Shown here in pieces: positions 10,605 through 20,200 of a stretch of DNA of 33,668 nucleotides. The stretch spans positions 1 to 33,668 of the forward strand of contig LVLI01000395.1 in the NCBI GenBank assembly GCA_001687465.1, read 5' to 3'. The notes below the pieces were generated by a model. That model was given only the letters and a program-made list of their open reading frames with translations, did no database searches and had not been told where the DNA came from. The stretch comes from Halocafeteria seosinensis (taxonomy: Eukaryota). Every line of letters starts with the position of its first letter. The first letter of the stretch is position 1. Both the position numbers and the translations under genes were made by a program.

Positions 10605-12129
10605 ATGATCTCACGTCGCTTAGGAACTAAGGGTATGAGGAGAATACCTGTAAAGTTGCCAATCACTCGCTCTTTTTCGGGCCAAACAGCGTTAAGCAAG
10701 GAGAATATTCAGAACTTGAGCAAAACAGTAAAGTACGGCTGACTGTAAAGCAAGAATCGCGCAGCCACGCATGATATTACGCTTGCAGAGGTTTGGATCG
10801 AGAGATGTATCAATGTAGCAACTTCATGAAGCCCCCGGCACAGGAGTGTTTTCTCGTACTGGTACGACATGGAGAATTAATTGACTGGATTCTACTTTTG
10901 AATATGACATAAACCACGTGTATCTACACAGAGGGCCGTGAACGCCGAACTGGCAAAAATCGCGGATGTCACGCAAGGCAATGTTCACACCGCTTCCATA
11001 AGATTTCAGTTCTGGAAAGACTTAATAGGCACCTGCTATCAGAGCGAAGAAGAAATCCAGAGAGCAAGTGAGGGTTCCGAGATTTCCATGAATTACCTGT
11101 CGCACCCGTACGTCGGCCACTTACGAAAGCTAGTGGCGAAACATCACCTTACAAAACGCTGGTTGGACAAATTGGTCGATGCACGCGTACGTTTCAGCAA
11201 AGCACGTATAGCACACAGCGATCTTGTTAGTTTTAAGGAACTGAGAAAAATCTGAGTGCAGGAAAGAGATGTCATGTCTGAAAGTAGGTATGACACGCTT
11301 CATGAGTTGGAGCAGTATTGTGAACATACGCAGTCCTCGATGCTGTACTTGACACTTGAGTCTCTAGGTGTACGTCACGATACAACGGACCTTGCAGCCA
11401 GGTACGTTATGTGAAATTTTAAGGCAGCTTTTCAAAAATCATAACCCGCGACATTGTTCGTGAATTTGTTTATTTTCAACACAGTTACATCGGAAGAGCT
11501 GTGGGACTAACTACGATTCTTCGAGGCTTCGGGCACCATACTATGAATAATCAAGTCTATGTACCAACCGCTCTCTTGAAGAAACACGAGATTTCCTCTA
11601 AAGATATGCTTGGTGTAATGCAATCTGCTTTATCAGGAAGAAAGTCCCAAGAGAAAACCCAACAAAAATCCCCCACAGGATCTTCGACAGCTGGAAGCCG
11701 GCAGCAAGTGGCACAGTCCTCCGGTCTCCCAAGAGAAACCAAGATGACAGTGACACCTCGCAGTGATATTGAAAACATGCAAGAGGAAGAAAAAGAGCGC
11801 ATCAAAGCTGCCGTGAAGGACTCCCTTTTCGACATTGCTGTTCTAGCCAATGCCTATATAGAGGATGCGCGAGCAATGACCGTTGACATCAAACCTGAGG
11901 GATCATCGGCGTTGCTCCCAGCAGTAAGTATTGCCTTCGTGGTCTGGGGCTGCAGAACAAGCGTTGACGTTTCTCGTTTCTGTTGTTTCCATCGCAGGTG
12001 CCTTCCCATTTATGGTTAAAGCGGTTTGAGAAGGCCAACTTTGATATAAGCGATCCCGCCTTGTACCAGCCCCATGATCTTCAGCTTTCGTGGCATCTCT
12101 TGAAGCATACGTGGAATAACTCATTCTAG
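10605..12129 (+). CDS. NDUFAF6: Mitochondrial complex I assembly factor 6 (squalene/phytoene synthase fold), 388 aa
   Basis: Exons 10605-10732, 10789-10861, 10932-11186, 11262-11401, 11485-11923 and 11998-12129 (1167 nt). Arg-rich, acid-free presequence ending TRSFS. Motifs LRAVNAELA, IRFQFWKD, KRWLDKLVDARERD, LEQYCEHTQSSMLYLTLESLG, AASYIGRAVGLTTILRG, LLPAVPSHLWLKRFEKANFDI. Confidence 0.9.
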
Positions 12130-12143
12130 CGGAGCATGAAAAG

Positions 12144-12725
12144 TTACTCATCATTCGTCTCCTTCGAAACACACTCACAGTTGGCCTTCCATACCCCTGC
12201 AGTGACGCTATCTCCAGATGGCCCGCTAGCGTACCATTCCTTTTTCCAGATGGGTACTCTTTCCTTCAGCTTATCTATGAGGAATTTCACAGCATCTAAG
12301 CCATCTTGACGATGAGCACTCGAGACCCATATAACGACTGATTCTTCGCATACGGGAACTACTCCAGTCCGGTGCGTTACGCTTACGTTTATGAGGCTCC
12401 ACTTACTAAATGCCATTTCACACAGCTTTCTCAACTCTTTTATGGCCATCGGAACGTAGCATTCATACTCCAGCTTCTCAACGATTTTCCCATTAAAATT
12501 ATCTCGGGTAGTACCGTGAAACGAGGAGAGCGCTCCCGCCTGCGATGAATACCACTTGGGTGATCGAAAGTTTGAACTGTAGCAAGATCACGTTTCTGAA
12601 CTTACCTTGGGGCTTTTCACAAAGCGTCGAGCCGCTTCTACGTCAATTGGTTGCGTGGTAATGACCAAACGTGTGTCTTCAGCGTCCCCTCTTTGCAAGC
12701 AGTACGTGTGTTGCTGTTCCTCCAT
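12144..12725 (-). CDS. MOCS2B: Molybdopterin synthase catalytic (large) subunit, MoaE family, 171 aa
   Basis: Exons 12725-12606 and 12539-12144 (66-nt GTAAGT...CGCAG intron). Motifs VKSPKAGALSSFHGTTRDNFNGKIVEKLEYECYVPMA, HRTGVVPVCEESVVIWVSSAHR, LKERVPIWKKE, WKAN. Confidence 0.95.
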
Positions 12726-12752
12726 GTTGTCATGAAATAACGGAGCCTTGTC

Positions 12753-13022
12753 TTATCCTCCACTCACCGGAGGTATGATGGCCACTGTGTCTCCGTCTCG
12801 AACGACGCTTGATTCGTCTGCGTACTCCTCGTTGACGGCCAAGAGCACTTGCGGATGACTCCTCCTGGCTTCTTGAAAATCCGGGCCGAGAGTGGTCTGT
12901 AGCGTTTCCAGCACCTGCGCCACTGTGGAATCCTTCCCTGACGGTGGTAGTTCAACAGATGTCTCAGAAAGTCCTCCTAGAGCTTCACGGAACGAGGCAA
13001 AAAAGAGGACCGTCACAACCAT
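12753..13022 (-). CDS. MOCS2A: Molybdopterin synthase sulfur-carrier (small) subunit, MoaD/ThiS family, 89 aa
   Basis: Intronless. MVVTVLFFASFREALG...LLAVNEEY...GDTVAIIPPVSGG-stop, with the canonical C-terminal Gly-Gly. Confidence 0.96.
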   Translation of the reverse strand: MVVTVLFFASFREALGGLSETSVELPPSGKDSTVAQVLETLQTTLGPDFQEARRSHPQVLLAVNEEYADESSVVRDGDTVAIIPPVSGG

Positions 13023-13109
13023 TCTATAGACGGACGCAATTTTTGACAAAAAAATTCAAACACAAAATGAATCCTGTGTTGACTAACAATCCTTTTCTCT
13101 CTTGATAGA

Positions 13110-13527
13110 ATGGCGTCCATCTTCCATCTACCCCCCTCTATCTCCCGTAAACTCCTAGTGATCGTCATTTTGGGACAAGGGATGTACGCCTTCACCTATC
13201 TGTATAAGAGGAGACACGGGAATCCTATGCGTATGGCCCCAGATGAACACGGGGTGATTCGATTCCAGTCCATGAGAGAGTATTTAGAAGATGAAATACG
13301 CACATGTGAGCAGACTTTGGAGCAGAACCCCCACGATGAAGCCGCCTTATTCGATGTCCAAGTACGTATCAAGTGCCCCGTCAGTGTTTGTGGACGCATG
13401 GGTGTCATATGAGCCATTAATGCAGCTCAAAAAATTGAGGCTTCGGGAAGAATTGGCGAAATTGGAGGCGAATGACTACTTCACGGAACGAGATATAGCA
13501 CTCAAAGAGGAGGATCTTCGACTATGA
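13110..13527 (+). CDS. Small hypothetical protein with one N-terminal hydrophobic helix and a coiled-coil tail, 117 aa
   Basis: Exons 13110-13361 and 13426-13527 (64-nt GTACGT...ATGCAG intron) join in frame (...ALFDVQ|LKKLRLREE...). Hydrophobic stretch LLVIVILGQGMYAFTYLY. Confidence 0.65.
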
Positions 13528-13792
13528 ACACAGTACGGTACTTTAGAGGGAATTCCTGGTCAGTGTATTGAGTGCATTACAAATGACTAATGCGTAAGGT
13601 GGCCGGAAGATTGCTTGCAAAGGAACGGCACCGGGCCTACTGCCCAGTCTGCGCTGCCGTGGCTCTGTCCAATGCATACGTCAAGAAGAGAAGCAGGCAC
13701 CATCATTGGATGAAGTGGCCCTGGGTACTTGTAATCCAGAAGAGGAAGCAGAGGTTTCGTTGGATATTCCCTGTGGTGAATGAATAATGTTG

Positions 13793-16700
13793 CTACGCCA
13801 GTTGCACGTCACCATCGTTTTTCTCTTGGGCCATAAATTGGTCTAGCGGATGAGGAGCAGGTTGCTCCTCGACCAGACCCTTATTACCTCCTCTATTTAC
13901 TCCTGCTCCTCCAGGAATGGATCGACCAACGCTAGCTTCCATTAGGTCTTTGGACACCAAATGTCGATACGATTCTCCCCACCGCGGGTAGACTCGCTTG
14001 TACAACGACATCAGCACAGTATCATGTTGCTTAATAACTCCATTGAATGTACACTTCATACGCCCATGCGTACCAACCGGCTCCTTGATGTATCCACTCA
14101 GTCCGTGCTTCGTATGCAGTTCGATCGGTTTGAACCATAAAATATCCTCAGGGCTGTAAAACATAAACTTGACCACGGCAGCTCGGCGGTTCACCTTCAC
14201 CGGGTAGCCACTCAGGACGATTTTCTTCAGAACAATTCGGTCCGGGTCTGCCCCCAGTAAGGTACCCGTAGCAACCAAAAGGCTCCTGGTTCGCTCCGGA
14301 TTCGCATCGTCTGTAAATCTTTTGTAAACTTGGATTGGCATATTGCCGAATAGAATAGGGCCATAGGCCGACGCAACAGTCCATCTATTTGCATGTAAGA
14401 ATCGCTCAAATTTGTGTTTGTCCGACTTTAAGTTATTCTCGCCAAAAACAGGGCGAGCTTTAAATCGAAGAAATCCGCAGTGAAACTCCAACTCCTCTTT
14501 ACTCTTTATCGGGCTATCGTATTTATCAGTGTTCACTCTTTGGACATTAAAGTGCACAACACTCGTTTGATGCTCATGACGAAGCAGACCGGTAGCCACG
14601 AGAGGCACATTCTTGTTCCTTCGTTGCACAAGTATCATCGGTACATTCGGCACCTCTATCATCACGTATCTCCCCATCGGTACCCATGATTCACCAGTCT
14701 TTTGTTGTAAACCTTCATCGACATCTGCGTTACTCAATGTATGTGCACTCGTACTCACAGAAGCTGTTTCTACCTCCATATCATTTTCCCCTGAAGTAGA
14801 GCCGCTTCGGCTCTTTTTAGCCTTACGCTCCGTAGCCCTTTCTCTCTGTTCTCCTTGAAGTCTATCTTTCTCTAGTTTGAACAAAGCATTCTCAGCTTCC
14901 TTTATCTCATTTACAGCTCGCTTACTCGATACACTGTAATTCTGCACTTGGAATATCCGACTATAAGAGCGCGGTAACGACTCTTTTGGGTCCCAGTAGG
15001 AGGTGCGGAAGGATTGAAGACCGCGATATCGTCCAAAGCGTTCTCGAGCAGGTATGTCCGTCGGTGTATCCACTTCATCGGGAAACTCCAAGTCCTCCTT
15101 CTCCTCTTCTCTCTTACCACCTTTACGTCCATATTTCTTACTCGTCATTATAGACGTACCGCCGTCAGACAATGCGTCATCTAAATCGTCGGCATCCTCA
15201 TCGGCCATAGCTTTAAATTGTTCTTCTTTCCTTGTTTCTTCATCTATTTCGTCTTGGTCTGTCAGCCAAGCCTTTGTGTAGTCTGTGTTCATCTCAGCTC
15301 CTGAAGGTTTGCGCTTCATGCGTTCTTCGGCAGCTCTTTCCTCTTCTTCTGTGGGCCAGGTTTGCTCTCCATTGGTCACTTCTTCTGGTGCAACCGTCCT
15401 CAATTCCTCTTCTTGGAATGTTTTGTTCTCGTGGACATTAAGTGGTGTGGGTTCATCGTCGCCGTGCGTAGATGCATTAAAATGCTTGAGCTGGCTAATT
15501 TTCTTAATAGGGTAGTATCCGAGACCGTTCAGATAAATGTACTGCTCGGCGCTTAGCGGAGCACCCCGAACATATCCGGTAAGCTTGATCGTCCCAGTTT
15601 GTAGAGCACTAACGTCATTCTCTTTCAGGTATTGCTTCACAATGTGGGTTGCCTCCGGTGGAGAAATAGTATTGGGAGCAATTGTGCGATTAGTTCGGTA
15701 CGTCAACTTTTCGTCCTCATCCTTTCCTTCTGCTGCATCAGGAGGCACGACAGGTAACTCACCGGTAGCTTCGTAGTCTACGCCATTGGCTACAACGTAT
15801 GGTCGAGTGCTTCTCCACGAGACTGTTTTCGGTGTAACTGTAGTAAGGGTACGAAGAGTGGTCTGGATATCATCAGTATCGGCCACTTTTATCCTTCCTT
15901 TCGGAAATTCGTTCTCAAAGAACTTCACTGCATGTTTCTTGTTCTCATTCGCTTTCTTCTGCCCTGATTTGCCAGAATTCTTGAGGGTTGTTACTCCCTG
16001 GATTGCACCCACAACGCAAGGAGTTCCAGATGCTTTCACCGCCGANAAAAACTCATGTGCATATTCATCAATAGAATTATCCAGACCATCTGATATATTC
16101 ATCACAAGGACGAGGATATCCACTGAGTTCACAGTATCAAGAGCCTGGAGAAGCGGGGGTGTGTCGTTGTGATCGTCTACGCCTCGCACAGAAGGGCACT
16201 CAAGGAGAGTGAACCTTGTTTTGAACTTGGAGCAGTTGACCGTAGTAGGCTGCGCAACACCTTCGTATCCTTGTTCTTGAATCACTTCATCAGCTTGAGA
16301 CTGAATGGAAGTAACCAGTTCTTGTACCGAAGCATTTTCGGCGAGGGGATAAAATCCCACAACCAATGGAGGACCTTGTGAACTACCTCCTACTGCAAAC
16401 GCAAAGCAACCGAACACAAGCACGGTTAGTGTAATGAGGACAGCTCTTAAATGAATTTGACATCAGTTAAATGTAACGTACATAAACGCTTCCGAATTAT
16501 GACTTCAGCTCGTTTTTCATCGCGAAGTTGTTTTTGCTGATTGATTCGACGTTGCTTGCCGCTTTTCAAGCTGCAATTCCCCACCAGAATCACATCTCAC
16601 CGTACACAGTTAACGGCACAGATTCAGTGTAGACAATAGGGGCTTACATGCTCAATTTTCGCTTATGGGCAGCGTTGGAAGTGGTGCCATCAGCACCTGA

Positions 16701-16826
16701 ATCGCCAGTTCCAGGCACCTTGCCTTTGGCGACCGAGGACCGGCGGACTGACGCTTTCCCTAGCGCTTTGTGCTTCTTATTCTGCTGCTTTAGCGAGCCA
16801 GATCGATGGTGGTGGTGTTGATCCAT
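13793..16826 (-). CDS. TSR1: Pre-40S ribosome biogenesis factor Tsr1, 955 aa
   Basis: Exons 16826-16648, 16570-16482 and 16392-13793. Motifs HRSGSLKQQNKKHK, GEQTWPTEEE, FPDEVDTP...ARERFGRYRGLQSFRTSYWDPKESLP, IKSKEELEFHCG, FMFYSPEDILWFKPIELHTKHG, IKEPVGTHGRMKC, LYKRVYPRW. Confidence 0.96.
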
Positions 16827-17202
16827 AGTATGTGACTCCTATTGAACTCGAATGCTCTCTAATGCGTTCTCTAGAGTCCATCAAACCTCCAAAAATCCGT
16901 GCCCTAGTCCTGGAGTCAGTGCAACTTCAACTTCAGTCACACAACAAACAAAAGTGCCACTTTTCGGGAAGTTGAAGTTATCATCCCAAGGGGAAATTAG
17001 AAGGGGGTGGAAGAGAACTGACACCCCGACAGAGTCTTGTTTTTTTTTTTGGCTGTTGTACTCGGTGCGGAAAACGGCACTTCGAGGTTTTTCTGGAAAA
17101 AGGAATTCTACTTTGCGGGCGAGAAAAAAAGAGGAATTCCTCTTTTTCTATACACTGTTATATGGACACAATACCCCCTTTCTAAGGTAGCTACAAGACA
17201 CA

Positions 17203-20200
17203 ATGACGGACCTGAATGGAGGAGCATGGGCTGACATGATCGATGAGGATGAACTGGCGGTCTCAGACGAGGAGGAGGAGGAGGAGACTGAGGAGTCCGC
17301 GGGGACAGGGGATCAAACGCAGTTCTTTGGAGGCTCTTTTGGCTCACGAAGCCCAGGAAGAGGGGCTCCAGGTGGCGCTCCAGGAGGGAAGCGAGGAGGA
17401 CGAGGTGGTCCACCCCATAAACAAGAGCAAGGAGCTCTGGAAATGCCGTGGCAGGATTTAAAACAGCAATTTGCTGGTGGCAAAGGAGGACGAAAACCCA
17501 AAGCTGGGGGAGGCCAGTCTAATAAGACTAGCGGTGAAGCTTCAGCCTCCATTGAACAAGGTTTAAAGAAGGCGGCCCAACAGTTGGAGCAAAAGAACAG
17601 AGGTAACAGTGGTGGTGCCGCCTCCTCGTTTTGGCAACAGAAGCAACAAAGTGCTGTGGAAGCGGCCAATGCCGGCGAATACGTGAAAATGGGAACGCTG
17701 AACACATGGAAGGACACAAGCTCCCGGAAAAACCATGGTCGCGATAATACGGAAGCTGATCAAGCAAAGAGTTGGCCGAGGGGAGGCAGGGCAGCTGGGA
17801 ATGAGACTCAGACTGCTGAACCGCCTTCTGGCTCCTGGCGAGGAAGAGCTCCTCCGAGCGTAAAGAGCACTGCCGAACCACCAACCGTGCAACAAGGAAA
17901 TGTCAATAAAAGTGCACAAGACAACAAAGCCTCTACTTCTGCTCCGGATCCCTGGGACCTCCTCGGAGCTAGGCGAAAAGCAGCTACACAGCACCTAGGG
18001 GTCGTCAGTGCTGTTACCGCACATGGCATCGAAATTAAAACATTGGAGGGAAAATTATTCTCTTGCGAAGAAATACGTAATAAGCAGGACTTTTCGCAAG
18101 GTACAGAGGTGCGCTTCATGGTGGACTCGGAGGACGAAAAAGTGCATGACGTGCGCATCGTTCCCTTTGGAACAGTTGAGTTCATCGAAATTTCCAGCAA
18201 ATGGTACGTTGGCGTTGTTCTAAATGTTCCAAAGGAAGGAAACCAAGAAGATTCGGTGGTAGAGAAAGCTCGACGGAAAGCAACGTCGCTCGCTTGGGAC
18301 GGCGGAGCAATCAAGCCTGCTGCGCCCACTGCTCAATCAAAACGGAGTAACCCATCCTTGAATGTGTATTGGGCTACGGGAAAGGGAGATCTATCCCCTT
18401 CGAAAGATAAGGGTCAGGTCGAAGTTCTTGGAGACTATAGCTCTGACCTCGCAGATAGTCTCTTCGACCCCACTGGTCGTTCGAAAGACACTGGTGCCAG
18501 TGGGTCTAAGGGAACCAGATTGCAGTTTGGTTCTGGGGATCTAGCGAAGGATGCCGCCCAATTCGATGCGACATCTGGGATAGAAGACGTCCATCGAGGC
18601 GTCGGTGTCGGAGATATTGTCAAGTTTCGGATAGCCTTGGATAAGCGCTCAGGGAGATCGTGGGCATGCGGAATCTGCCAATTGACATCATTCAACGTAA
18701 TGGTTAATGCTGCAAAAGCGCTATGCAGAGATAAGGAAAGTCCCGGCGAGCTTCCTTCGTGGCAGCGATATGGCTTGGTCACTAATCTTGGAGACGGCAA
18801 CGAGTACTCTGTTGAAGTACAGGCGAGGGATGGCAACCATTATTTGATTCCTCATCCGCATTTTGTGCAGAGGGTTTGGAGGAGTTTACAGACAAGGGCA
18901 TCCGGTGTTCCTGAACCTGCTCAAGGTTTTCCCCTTAAAGTTGGTGATATCATACGTTTTAGCTCCGTTGTTTTGCCGCCTTTCAAGGCATCAAATGGTG
19001 TTCCCGGCCTTTCTTGGGCGGGTGTACAGTCGATGGTGCAGGACAGCATCACCGCTGGCAGGGGCACAGCCTCTAATAGCGGAGAAAGGCACTTGGTTTC
19101 TGTTGAGCCCGTGAGTGGCCAAGATAGAGTCATACATAAAGTGGGTGTTGCATACCATATCCCAGCTTTGTTGCTTAGCGTCGGTGAACATGATTACGGG
19201 TTGGGGCTACCAGTGAAGTACGTTCAAGTTGGCTGGTCCACTGCCTCTAGCTCACTTGAGGACAGGAACAATATGTCTGCTAGGGAAGTCGCCGAAGTGC
19301 AGCGGGTTGTAAACCTCCAGATAAATCGCCGATCGAATGGTAACTACATACTCACAACAATTAGCTTATCGGACGTATTGCTGCCGGGAATGATGAATCG
19401 CCCCAAATCATTCAGTCTAAAACAGGGAGATATAATCGATGTTGATGTGACGTTTGATTTGTTTTCCCACACATTTGGAGTGTCAAAAGCGATTTTCAAG
19501 CAGGCAACCCCTCTATTCCGAGAAATTGGGGTCGTACGAACTACAGTAGAAAACAAGCCGCATGAACCGAAGGCCCATTTTGGGTTTATCAGATCTTTTA
19601 GGAACGAGAGAATGAAACTTAAGGACGGTGTACCGGAGCCATACGATGTCTATTTCCACTTCGATGATGTCATGGATCCCGACGAACGACCCCACCTTTT
19701 CTCGGGCGACATTGTTGCATATGATCCAGAAATTGACCTGCGTCCAAAGAACTCAGCGTCCAAAGTAGTAGATGATACCACCCCCGTGGCACTTCGGGGT
19801 ACGAGAGTGATGTGTATTTGCCCAGCGCGCGATCCACGCGGGCAAAATCACCATAAGAGCGGGTTTACAATTGCTGAGGGGGTCAGCGCTAAACTTCGGA
19901 AGAACGATGTTGACGGCTCAATGGAAGCGGATATCCGTCCTGAGAGAAATTTACTGTCTAGGGTACTGTTTTCCCTCGGCATTGATGGGGTGCCCAAGTA
20001 TAGATACTCAACCGAGATTCACAAAAAAATAGAGTCTTTATTCTATGGTTGGAGCTCGCTCGTCGCTGAGATGGGCTTCGATGGTTTCAACAAGCAAGGC
20101 GAACGCGACAGTAGCTCCAACCCGATCTTGTCTGCAGGTGAGGGTACCGGCGATATTATAGAGCTGAACGAAGTGTTCAAAAAGGATGAATACTTGTTGA

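Noticed and set aside
7899..12129. Isoprenoid gene cluster (MVD next to a squalene/phytoene-synthase-fold gene)
   Set aside because: The second gene has a mitochondrial presequence and NDUFAF6 motifs, and lacks the Asp-rich DDxxD catalytic motifs.
12753..12755. Genome-wide TAA reassignment explaining the MOCS2A-MOCS2B frame
   Set aside because: TAA terminates MOCS2B and the ERGIC gene at expected positions, and no in-frame TAA interrupts the long conserved ORFs.
12762..12767. GTGAGT splice donor near the MOCS2A 3' end creating a spliced fusion
   Set aside because: It simply encodes the conserved Val-Ser of PPVSGG. Using it would delete the essential Gly-Gly, and no acceptor evidence supports it.
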